NCBI GenBank assembly: GCA_024280215.1 | Contig: JAJRQO010000022.1 | Location: 6,910 to 70,909, forward strand | DNA: 64,000 bases | Reading direction: 5' to 3' | DNA from: Candidatus Zixiibacteriota bacterium | GTDB lineage: Bacteria; Zixibacteria; MSB-5A5; GN15; FEB-12 | Part shown: in pieces, positions 20,530-28,838 of the stretch | Position numbering within the stretch: the first letter of the stretch is position 1 | Layout of the letters: each line of letters starts with the position of its first letter | Position numbers and translations under genes: made by a program | The notes under the pieces: model-generated | Database searches by the model: none | Told to the model about the DNA's origin: nothing | What the model saw: the letters and a program-made list of their open reading frames with translations, nothing else

Positions 20530-21411
20530 TCAGTTCTTTTTGAGCAATGTTTTGGGAGTTGGAAGTCCCGAAATAATGAGTGCAACAAATATCAGCAATC
20601 CACCAATTGCTCGGTGGGTGATAACTTCTTCGCCGCCTAATGTCCATGCAAAAAGAGCTGCAAAAACAGGTTCTAAAGCAAATATCAGAGAGACCCTTAA
20701 TGGTGTGCGAATCTTTTGAGCAAACATCTGAATCAAAAATGCTGTTAAGGTTGGAAATATAGCTAAAAAGAGAGTTGCCTTCCAAGCATAACTTGTTGAA
20801 ATCTCAAGTGACAGGTCAGCCATTAAGGCATAGGCTAAGCTGATGCTTCCAACTATTAAAAATTGTTGGCAACTGATGACAATCGGATCTAACCCTTGTT
20901 TCATGTATTTGTCAGAGTATAACACATGGAGAGCGTAGGTAACTGCTGCAATAAGGGTGAGTATGTCGCCAAAATTTATATCATTCATTCCTCCCGTGAG
21001 AGTCCAAAGACCAAAAAGTGAAATCACAGAAGCAAGGATTTCCATCTTGTTTGGGTTGATTTTAAAAATGGTCAGCAAAAACAATGGTATAAATGCAACA
21101 AAAAGACCAGTAATAAATCCTGAATTTGATGCAGTCGTATATTGTAATCCGATTGTTTGAGAGACATACAGCAGTGTCAGAATAACAGAAAGAAAAAGAG
21201 CTATTTTAATATCTTTAAAAACAGACTTTTTTTTGAATACCAAATAACCAAGTAAGAGTAGCCCCGCAATTAAAAAACGATAGGCAACCAGCACAATTGG
21301 GTCAATTCCATCAAGAGCATTTTTAACAATAAAAAATGTAGAACCCCAAATTGCTGCCGCGTAAAATAGTCCTGAGTCAGCAAGAATAGCTTTTGATTTG
21401 GTTACTTTCAT
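20530..21411 (-). CDS. EamA/DMT-superfamily transporter
   Basis: 293 aa. Ten predicted TM helices arranged as two EamA-like halves. Confidence 0.85.
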   Translation of the reverse strand: MKVTKSKAILADSGLFYAAAIWGSTFFIVKNALDGIDPIVLVAYRFLIAGLLLLGYLVFKKKSVFKDIKIALFLSVILTLLYVSQTIGLQYTTASNSGFITGLFVAFIPLFLLTIFKINPNKMEILASVISLFGLWTLTGGMNDINFGDILTLIAAVTYALHVLYSDKYMKQGLDPIVISCQQFLIVGSISLAYALMADLSLEISTSYAWKATLFLAIFPTLTAFLIQMFAQKIRTPLRVSLIFALEPVFAALFAWTLGGEEVITHRAIGGLLIFVALIISGLPTPKTLLKKN

Positions 21412-21506
21412 TTTGTTATGGTATTATTTTTAGATAAAATGTCAATAGGAATAAAAAAAGACAGGTTCTGTTTTAGAGACCCGTCTTATAAAATATGGCA
21501 ATTTTA

Positions 21507-22781
21507 TTATACTGTGGCAGACATGCAGAAGTTTTTTAATGATTCTACATTGGAGCTTAAATTAAGCTGCTCCAAATAATCCATATCAACGGCTGACTTG
21601 CTATCTTCTCTGACATTATGTACAATGTCATGATTAAGAGCGTATCCTAAATGAACCGCTGTGAGTACGTTGGTTATTGGTCTTTGTGCTTTTTGTGGTG
21701 TGTAATGCAAAGCGATAGCTTCCAAAATCGAATTTGGTAACCCCCATAAAGATAAAAGATGAGCACCAATTTCGGCATCATTGACTCCAATAATCTGTTT
21801 TTCAGCTTCAAACAATGGGATTTCTTCTCGTTCTGATAATTCAACCGATTGTTTGAATTCAGTTGGAAAGTATGAAAGCATCACCAATTTGCCAATGTCG
21901 TGAAGCATACCAGCCATCAAGGCATCTTCAGTATGTTTTGTCATCAGACCAAATGCGTTGGCAAGATGTCGTGATGAGGTGCCTACTGCTAATGAGTTAT
22001 TATAAATTGATTCAATTGAATAGCCTGAAATCCCAGGGTCTTTAAATAGGTTAAAAACTCCAGCTGTTAAAACCATGCTTTGGATTGTATCGATACCTAA
22101 TAAATTTACTGCATGCAATGGGTTCTCAACATGAGCGGAAAGACCAAAAAATGCGGAATTAACCATGTGTAGAACTTTTGCGGTGATTGAGACATCTTTT
22201 TTTATAATATTCGCAATATTACGTATAGATGGATATTGGCATTGAAGTTCTGTTGTAAGTTGGTTATATATTTCAGGTGGACTCGGAAGATTTGTAATGC
22301 CTGATAATCTTTTATGTAAATCTTTATTTGCTAAGACTCCTTTGAGTCCAAAAGCATTCTCGACAATACTTATAAATTGACTCGGTTTAGTTTCGTTATT
22401 CATGAATTGATGGATATATCCTGCTGATTTGTAGACGATATCTTTATCACTATTTTCAGAATACAAAAATCTAATAATATCTTGATGGTTTTCAGCTATA
22501 AATCTATGCAGGTCAATTCCAGTTCCATCAAGCAAATCCATTGATGAGATTACTAAGTCAACTTGTTTTGAGCTAATAATTGATTTTGCTTTTTCTATTG
22601 AATCTGCTTGAAGGCTGACATAGTCAGCTGAACAGAGTCGATAGTAATCATTGATTTGCTCATTACAATTGACATGGTCGAATACGAACAATATTTTCTC
22701 AGTTGCCATCTTTTTTGTTGTTTCCTTCATGTAGCTATAACCTATAGATTTTACACTGTTATTAGTTGTCCATTTCCCCAA
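21507..22781 (-). CDS. Receiver-like domain + HDOD domain signalling protein
   Basis: N-terminal CheY-like pattern (KILFVFD ... VDLVISSMDLLDGTG). C-terminal HDOD/HD-like region (AGMLHDIGKLVM). The start may instead be an internal Met (22730 or 22709). Confidence 0.75.
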   Translation of the reverse strand: MGKWTTNNSVKSIGYSYMKETTKKMATEKILFVFDHVNCNEQINDYYRLCSADYVSLQADSIEKAKSIISSKQVDLVISSMDLLDGTGIDLHRFIAENHQDIIRFLYSENSDKDIVYKSAGYIHQFMNNETKPSQFISIVENAFGLKGVLANKDLHKRLSGITNLPSPPEIYNQLTTELQCQYPSIRNIANIIKKDVSITAKVLHMVNSAFFGLSAHVENPLHAVNLLGIDTIQSMVLTAGVFNLFKDPGISGYSIESIYNNSLAVGTSSRHLANAFGLMTKHTEDALMAGMLHDIGKLVMLSYFPTEFKQSVELSEREEIPLFEAEKQIIGVNDAEIGAHLLSLWGLPNSILEAIALHYTPQKAQRPITNVLTAVHLGYALNHDIVHNVREDSKSAVDMDYLEQLNLSSNVESLKNFCMSATV

Positions 22782-23072
22782 AGAGAGCAGTTAATATCGT
22801 GCGATTTACTATGTTTTTGTGTTCAGTAAATAATATCGGAATGAGAGAAAATATATTTAGGGCTAAAAAAGTGGAATATATGATACAAGCGTTTGAAGTG
22901 GATAAATAAGATGAATTATCTTCGTAAGTTATTGTTCGCCAATCTATAAGGTGAAAGTAGGCAGTGCATACAATCTTTGAAAGAGCTACATACAAAGGTC
23001 CGAATCAAATGGCAATTTTAAAGTTTTTCTGGAATTACTATTCTGTTAAGACTGACAATTAGGGATATATTT

Positions 23073-24260
23073 TTAATATCCCGATGGAAATGTCTTATCT
23101 TTTTTAAGGCGTTTGATCCATGAGCTGTATCCTTGTTCTTTTACAAATTCTACAACTCTTCTGAAACCCTCACCATAGTCGAGGTCTGGATCTTTAAAGA
23201 GTCTCTCAATGAGAAAAAAAGCATAGTCATCAGGGTATTGCTGCAAAATTAGATAGGCGACATAGTTGCAGCTCCCCTCACAAAAAGGAGCTTCAACATC
23301 TTTAGGACTATGAAGCCCTTGCCAGACATGATTAAACTCATGGGCAATGATTTTAATCATTGATAGTTTTGGTACGCCATTTAGTAAATATATATTTATA
23401 TCTCGCTTGAGTGTAACACCGAAAACATTTTTTTCCTGATAGAAAATGGTAAAGCCTTGTGGATTTGAAATTGTGTAGTTCACTAATTCATCTAATTCAG
23501 TTTTATTTACTAAATGAACTGATACTTTATTGAGAGGAATATCAAGTTGGTATGACTGCAACATTTCATTTACTTCAATAAGTAGTGGTTTGACCTCAGA
23601 GATTTCTGAAATTGCGTCTTCAGCACAGGTAAGACAAATACCTCGTCCATCAATATAGCTAAGTCCTTTTTTTTGGGTAGTGTTGTTGAAATAACCTCCG
23701 CAGTATTCGCATTTTTTGCTGTCCTGTATATGAGACTCATGATAATTATTTTTATATCTATCATATATGTAATCCTCGCTGATTACTTCAGAGCAGAGTG
23801 AACAGCGTAAAGCGACTTTGTTGGTATAGCAGGAATCATGATAGTTTTTATTTTCAAAAGTTATATAACTATCGGTAATATTTGTATTGCAATATGCACA
23901 TGGGAAAAATGAGACAATATCATAGCATTCTTTATGATAACTTTTTTCGTTATAGGTTGTGTATCTGCCGTTTACCTCTTTGTTACAATAGGCACAGTAA
24001 ATTAGGTGAATGATTTGGTAACAACTGTCGTCATAAAATTTTTCGTTTTCAAAATAATAAGTAGAACCTTTGATTCTCGATTGGCACCGTTCACAAATGA
24101 AATGTTTATTGTGAAAATAATAGCCGTTGGCTGATATAGGAGCTTTAATGATTTTTTCAGAACAATAGTGACAGATTTTCTTTTCTGCTGATTGGATTGT
24201 AACAGAGCAGAGGAGAATTAGAAAAAGAGAGTAAAGAATGTAAGCAGATTTTTTGTTCAT
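23073..24260 (-). CDS. Secreted protein with tandem LIM-like zinc fingers and a C-terminal DA1-like HExxH metallopeptidase domain
   Basis: Signal peptide. Five C-x2-C-x16-19-[HC]-x2-[CH] units. Then IAHEFNHVWQG...CEGSCNYVAYL, resembling the DA1-like peptidase core (HEmmHaW...EEGiCqv). Confidence 0.65.
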   Translation of the reverse strand: MNKKSAYILYSLFLILLCSVTIQSAEKKICHYCSEKIIKAPISANGYYFHNKHFICERCQSRIKGSTYYFENEKFYDDSCYQIIHLIYCAYCNKEVNGRYTTYNEKSYHKECYDIVSFFPCAYCNTNITDSYITFENKNYHDSCYTNKVALRCSLCSEVISEDYIYDRYKNNYHESHIQDSKKCEYCGGYFNNTTQKKGLSYIDGRGICLTCAEDAISEISEVKPLLIEVNEMLQSYQLDIPLNKVSVHLVNKTELDELVNYTISNPQGFTIFYQEKNVFGVTLKRDINIYLLNGVPKLSMIKIIAHEFNHVWQGLHSPKDVEAPFCEGSCNYVAYLILQQYPDDYAFFLIERLFKDPDLDYGEGFRRVVEFVKEQGYSSWIKRLKKDKTFPSGY

Positions 24261-24291
24261 ATCTAATTATACAAAATTAAAAGTAATTCTC

Positions 24292-24699
24292 TTATAAAGA
24301 ATTAAGCCAATTTATGAGTCGTGATTTTATTTCATCACGGACTCTTCTGAATTCATCTAATATCTTATCGTCGGTACCAGAAGCATCGGCGGGGTCATCA
24401 AATGGGATATGGACTTTTGCCGTGTTACCTGAAATCATCGGGCAGTTTTCATCGGCGTTGGAGCAGACGGTGATAATATAATCAAACGTGATTTGTTTAT
24501 ATTCATCAATATGGTTTGAAGTATTATTAGAAATATCATAGCCAATTTCAGCCATAACTTTTATGGCATACTTGTTTACTTGTTGAGGTTTTAGTCCTGC
24601 GGAGAATATTTTACCTTGAGAGCCAATCTCTTTTTGTAAGATTGCTTCTGCCATTTGCGAACGACATGAGTTCCCTGTACAAAGAATTAAAACATTCAT
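24292..24699 (-). CDS. arsC: Arsenate reductase, LMW-PTPase (thioredoxin-coupled) type
   Basis: 135 aa. P-loop CTGNSCRSQMAE, plus downstream Cys residues (CSNADENCP) as in the thioredoxin-coupled ArsC family. Confidence 0.85.
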   Translation of the reverse strand: MNVLILCTGNSCRSQMAEAILQKEIGSQGKIFSAGLKPQQVNKYAIKVMAEIGYDISNNTSNHIDEYKQITFDYIITVCSNADENCPMISGNTAKVHIPFDDPADASGTDDKILDEFRRVRDEIKSRLINWLNSL

Positions 24700-24703
24700 C
24701 TCG

Positions 24704-25774
24704 CTATCTTTCTTTTTGAAACCAATGGGTTGTCTTCAGGCAGAACTTCACTAAAAACAACATAAGTGGTACTTCGATAAAAAGTCCAACAACTGTTGCA
24801 ACAGCAGCTCCAGAATTTAATCCAAATAATATAATTGCAGTTGCAATAGCAACTTCAAAATGATTGGATGCACCAATCATTGCCGAGGGGGCAGCATCGG
24901 CATACGAAAGCTTCAATAACTTTGCTCCAAGATATCCAAGAGCAAAGATAAAGAGCGTCTGCACGATAAGAGGAACCGCAATCAATCCAATGTCAATCGG
25001 TTGATTGATTAGTACCTCACCTTTTAAAGTAAAGAGAACTACTAATGTTGTCAGTAGAGCAATAATAGAAACAGGTGTTAATCTATTCAGGAAGACTTTG
25101 TTGAAATAATCTTTACCTTTTTGTTTAATCAGTTTTATTCGTGTAAAATATCCACTTAATAATGGGAGGGCGACATAGACGAGAACTGAAAGGACGATAG
25201 TCTCCCAAGGGATAGGCATTTTATTAGTTGATAATAGAAAGGAACCCAAAGGTGCATATAAAAAGAGCATGACCAATGAGTTGACAGCAACCATGACAAG
25301 GGTTAAGGCATCATTCCCTTTTGCGAGATAGCCCCACATGAGAACCATTGCCGTACAAGGAGCAATGCCGAGCAATATTGCTCCTGAAATATAGGAACGG
25401 TAGAGTTCAACTTCGACACCATTGATTAGTTCTGTCCCGTGAATGAAATCCTTAAAGAGAACCCCCAAAAAAAGATAAGCGAAGAGATACATGCTGAATG
25501 GTTTAATTACCCAGTTGAGAACCAAAGTGAGAATTACAGGTTTTGGGGATTGTAAGGCCGATTTCATTCTACTAAAATCAATTTTGACCATGATTGGAAA
25601 CATCATAAAAAAGAGACAGAGAGCGATTGGAATCGAGACCTCGGCAATTGAATATCTGTTCAACTCAATTGAGATTGTTGGGAAGAAATAACCAATTGTT
25701 GTGCCAATTATAATAGCTAAAAATACCCAACCAGTCAGGTACTTCTCAAAAAGTGATAATTGTTTTGCTGACAT
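24704..25774 (-). CDS. acr3: Arsenite efflux transporter, ACR3 family
   Basis: 356 aa, about 10 TM segments. ACR3-type motifs (GIAPCTAMV, ASNHFEVAIA). Sits between arsR and arsC. Confidence 0.9.
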   Translation of the reverse strand: MSAKQLSLFEKYLTGWVFLAIIIGTTIGYFFPTISIELNRYSIAEVSIPIALCLFFMMFPIMVKIDFSRMKSALQSPKPVILTLVLNWVIKPFSMYLFAYLFLGVLFKDFIHGTELINGVEVELYRSYISGAILLGIAPCTAMVLMWGYLAKGNDALTLVMVAVNSLVMLFLYAPLGSFLLSTNKMPIPWETIVLSVLVYVALPLLSGYFTRIKLIKQKGKDYFNKVFLNRLTPVSIIALLTTLVVLFTLKGEVLINQPIDIGLIAVPLIVQTLFIFALGYLGAKLLKLSYADAAPSAMIGASNHFEVAIATAIILFGLNSGAAVATVVGLFIEVPLMLFLVKFCLKTTHWFQKER

Positions 25775-25803
25775 TATGTATTAATTTCTTTCAAAAAGAA
25801 GAT

Positions 25804-26148
25804 TTATTTACAGTTATTTGTAAGAAAATGAATAGAGAGTTTATCTCTATCTGATTGATAGGGTTGTCGATCTTTAATTTGAAGTAACATAGTATCAAAT
25901 GAGGGGAGGTAGTTGTTGATATCGCCGTTCAAGCGATAATGTACCCATTTACCATCTCGACGGTCAATGACCATTTTGGCTGATTTGAGCTTTGCCATAT
26001 GACGAGAAACCGAGGATTGGGGTAAATCAAGTACTTTCATTACATCGCAGACACAGAGTTCTCTTTCTGTCAATAAAATGACAATTCGGAGCCTGATTTC
26101 TTCAGAAATCGCTTTAAAAAGTTCAAATTCTTGAATTTGAATATTCAT
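25804..26148 (-). CDS. arsR: ArsR/SmtB family metalloregulator
   Basis: 114 aa. As(III)-site motif ELCVCDV and a winged-HTH (QSSVSRHMAKLKSAKMV). Confidence 0.85.
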   Translation of the reverse strand: MNIQIQEFELFKAISEEIRLRIVILLTERELCVCDVMKVLDLPQSSVSRHMAKLKSAKMVIDRRDGKWVHYRLNGDINNYLPSFDTMLLQIKDRQPYQSDRDKLSIHFLTNNCK

Positions 26149-26170
26149 ATATCCGAATATATGGATATAT
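26147..26170. promoter_or_regulatory. Perfect 8-bp inverted repeat (ATATATCC-N8-GGATATAT) overlapping the arsR start codon; candidate operator
   Basis: Read directly: 26147-26154 is the reverse complement of 26163-26170. It lies in the arsR / HMA-gene divergent intergenic region. Confidence 0.3.
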
Positions 26171-26339
26171 ATAAAATATGCAACAGTTTTCTTGTGAAAA
26201 TAGAGGAAAAAAGTAGATATTATCTTGATTATTCTCGAAATATTTGGAACTTGAAGCAGTTTAGGTTTGTTTAAGAGAATATCTACTAAAACAGTCTTCT
26301 TATATGAAAGTGATTGAGAGATAAAATAAAAAACTATTA

Positions 26340-26367
26340 TTGACCAATAGCATAGATTTAGTATATT
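26340..26367 (+). promoter_or_regulatory. Candidate sigma-70-type promoter for the HMA gene (TTGACC-16-TATATT)
   Basis: Hexamers at 26340-26345 and 26362-26367, about 45 nt upstream of the TTG start. An AAGGAG RBS lies at 26399-26404. Confidence 0.3.
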
Positions 26368-26410
26368 ATATGATTATAAACAAACCGAAAACATATTTAA
26401 GGAGTTCATC

Positions 26411-27112
26411 TTGAAAAAAGTATTATCATTAACGATTATGGCATTAGCATTGATTGCTTTTGCTGGTTCAACTGCCACAGCATGCGGCACTTGTTCTGCT
26501 CACGCTGACAAAACAGCTACAAAGACATCTGCCAAGTCTTCTTGTTCATCAAAAACAGGTGCTGACAAAGCATCCTGTTCGTCAAAAACAAATGCCACAA
26601 AAGTTTCTGGTGACAAAGCATCCTGTTCAGCAAGCACAAATGCAATTAAAGCATCTGCATCTTCTGCAGCATGTTCACAAGCCGACATGGAAGCTTGTGC
26701 CAAAAAAATGGGTGTTTCTGTTGAAGAATGCAAAAAAATGTGTTCTGAAAATGGCTCAATGACAATGCAAAAAATTTCTATTGAAGGAATGACTTGTACA
26801 AGTTGTGAAGCTTCTTTGACAAAAGCTATTGAAGGTGTTGCTGGAGTTCAAAAAGTTGTTTCTATTAGTCACAAAGATGGTTCTGCTGTTGTTTGTGTTG
26901 ATAAGAACAATACTTGTTTGACAACATTGACAAAATCAATAACTGACAAAGGTTTTAAAGCAGAAATTATTCCTGCAGTAGCTACTACTGGTGCTACTAC
27001 AATTGCTGCTCCTGGAGCTGATAAAAGTGCATGTGCTAAATCTTGTTCATCTGCTGAAAAAGCAGCCTGTGCTTCTAAAGATGCACCAAAAGATGCTAAA
27101 GATACAAAATAA
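26411..27112 (+). CDS. Secreted Cys-repeat protein with a heavy-metal-associated (HMA) domain
   Basis: Signal peptide. Three degenerate SC-S-x-(K/S)-T repeats: KSSCSSKT, KASCSSKT, KASCSAST. HMA core GMTCTSCEASLTKAIEGVAGV. Cys-rich C-terminus (CAKSCSSAEKAACAS). TTG start with a strong RBS. Confidence 0.7.
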   Translation: MKKVLSLTIMALALIAFAGSTATACGTCSAHADKTATKTSAKSSCSSKTGADKASCSSKTNATKVSGDKASCSASTNAIKASASSAACSQADMEACAKKMGVSVEECKKMCSENGSMTMQKISIEGMTCTSCEASLTKAIEGVAGVQKVVSISHKDGSAVVCVDKNNTCLTTLTKSITDKGFKAEIIPAVATTGATTIAAPGADKSACAKSCSSAEKAACASKDAPKDAKDTK

Positions 27113-27137
27113 CTTAGCTTTCTTACTAAATTTGAAA

Positions 27138-27161
27138 AGCCCGCTACAGCGGGCTTTTTTT
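27138..27161 (+). terminator. Rho-independent terminator
   Basis: agcccgc-taca-gcgggct followed by a T7 run, 26 nt after the HMA gene stop. Confidence 0.8.
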
Positions 27162-27207
27162 ATAAAAAATAATTCAATGCTTTACATTTTGGACAAAATA
27201 AAACTTA

Positions 27208-28182
27208 TTGAAAATTATGCGTATATTCAAACAGATAATAATTCTCAGTCTCTTGCTTATGACCTTTCAAACTGCAAAATCGGCAAAATTTGCTGGTGAA
27301 GCATTTTCAATTGGTGTAGGTGGACGTTCACTTGCCTTAGGTGGTGCAACTATCGCCTCAGGTTTTGATGGAACCGCTGGCTATTGGAACCCATCTGGGA
27401 TGGTGTCGCTTTCTGGAAGAACCGTGACAGCGATGCATGCGGAAACATTTGGCTCACTTTTGAATCATGATTATGTCGCATATATTGATGCTCGTCCAAA
27501 AGAGAACTCGCTTATTCAAGCGTTTGGTTTTTACTTTTATTATTTAGGTGGTGGCGGGATTAAAATAACTCAGCTCAACGAGTTTAATCGACCTGAAATT
27601 TTGAGAGAAGAGTCGCATGGTGATTATTTGCTTGCTGCTTCACTTGCTGGATCGTTGCATGAGAAAATTGATTTTGGACTTACCGCAAAAATTATTTACC
27701 GTGACATTGGCACTGAAACTGGTAAAGGACTTTCAATGGATGCTGGGATTGTCTATCGCTATCATAAACGACTGCATTTTGGACTGATGGTGACAGATAT
27801 CACCACAGGCTTCATACGCTACTCTGGAGAGACTTTTGATTCTGGAGCAAACTCAGAATCTATTTATCCGACGGTCAAGCCAGGGTTGATGCTGAAACAT
27901 TCATTGACAAATTTTACAGGTTCATTTTTTATGAGTTCAGATATTAAATTTGAAAATATAAAATACGCCGCTCAGTATTGGAGCGGACCGATTTCTGTTG
28001 ATACTCATTTTGGGTTAGAACTTGGATACAAAGATGTTCTCTTTGGACGGACTGGCTTTGATATAGGACGGTTTACTGCGGGAGCAGGGTTTAACTTTTC
28101 AAATATCACGATAGATTTCGCATTTTTACAACATGATGACTTAGACGAAACCTATCGTATCTCTGGTGGCTATACTTTTTAG
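27208..28182 (+). CDS. PorV/PorQ-like outer-membrane beta-barrel protein
   Basis: Signal peptide. N-terminal motif GVGGRSLALGGATIASGFDGTAGYWNPSGM as in the PorV/PorQ family. Alternating beta-strand pattern with a C-terminal aromatic residue (GGYTF). The likely start is the ATG at 27217. Confidence 0.55.
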   Translation: MKIMRIFKQIIILSLLLMTFQTAKSAKFAGEAFSIGVGGRSLALGGATIASGFDGTAGYWNPSGMVSLSGRTVTAMHAETFGSLLNHDYVAYIDARPKENSLIQAFGFYFYYLGGGGIKITQLNEFNRPEILREESHGDYLLAASLAGSLHEKIDFGLTAKIIYRDIGTETGKGLSMDAGIVYRYHKRLHFGLMVTDITTGFIRYSGETFDSGANSESIYPTVKPGLMLKHSLTNFTGSFFMSSDIKFENIKYAAQYWSGPISVDTHFGLELGYKDVLFGRTGFDIGRFTAGAGFNFSNITIDFAFLQHDDLDETYRISGGYTF

Positions 28183-28199
28183 CCTTTTAAAGGCTCCTC

Positions 28200-28826
28200 T
28201 TATAAACTGTCATTTTGTGCTGATTTAATTAAATTCGCACCTGCACTATGTTTGATATTCACAACAAACATCCCTCGTAAATCCCCAGCGTTATAATCAA
28301 TTGCTTTATCATCAGGGTATTTTTCTTTGACAGCGATAGCTGCTTTTTTGTCGATGCTCTTTGCATCACCGTGACATTTCAGACAAAGTTTACCAATATA
28401 AATTGGTTTATAAAAGTAGTAATCTTTTTTATTTTCTGAGTCTTTCCATTCATCAAAATATTCTAATTTTTTTAGAGAATCAGCAAAAAGAGACAAAATC
28501 TCAAGTTCATGAACATCGGCAAGATTATCTTGATTTCTTGGTTTGTCGGTTACTCGTTTTATTGAGTATGCTTCACCTAAAAACTTGTCGGTAATTTCAG
28601 GGGCTTTCACTTGGCAGACATTGATAGCATTTTCAAAGCCACCTGCTTTGACACCTTTCATCAGTTCCGATTTGAGGTTTGCCATGAAATTTTTGATAAG
28701 CAACGAAGATGAACTTCGCATGAGTTTTTGTTCGGCGTCTTGTGTTAGTTTTGAAGAATGCTCTTTTTCAGCGGTAGAACATCCAAGTAAAAACAGAGTG
28801 AGGGTAATTATGATAATTTTGTTCAT
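28200..28826 (-). CDS. DUF3365 (Tll0287-like) lipoprotein with a CxxCH motif
   Basis: Lipobox LLGCS. The CLKCHGD motif and the C-terminal GDLRGMFVV are typical of the DUF3365 family. Confidence 0.65.
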   Translation of the reverse strand: MNKIIIITLTLFLLGCSTAEKEHSSKLTQDAEQKLMRSSSSLLIKNFMANLKSELMKGVKAGGFENAINVCQVKAPEITDKFLGEAYSIKRVTDKPRNQDNLADVHELEILSLFADSLKKLEYFDEWKDSENKKDYYFYKPIYIGKLCLKCHGDAKSIDKKAAIAVKEKYPDDKAIDYNAGDLRGMFVVNIKHSAGANLIKSAQNDSL

Positions 28827-28838
28827 TCTATACTCCTT

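Noticed and set aside
20471-20785. 104-aa ORF overlapping the 3' end of the EamA transporter gene
   Set aside because: It lies on the same strand in a different frame, inside a gene with a clear 10-TM EamA pattern, and has no independent support.
22762-22995. 77-aa ORF upstream of the HDOD gene
   Set aside because: It has hydrophobic low-complexity translation and no RBS, and it overlaps the HDOD gene start. It is probably intergenic or promoter DNA.
26454-26762. Alternative-frame and antisense ORFs (26454-26762 +, 26500-26733 -) over the HMA gene
   Set aside because: They are artefacts of the low-complexity Ser/Cys/Lys/Ala repeat DNA. Only the frame starting at 26411 has an RBS, a signal peptide and an HMA domain.
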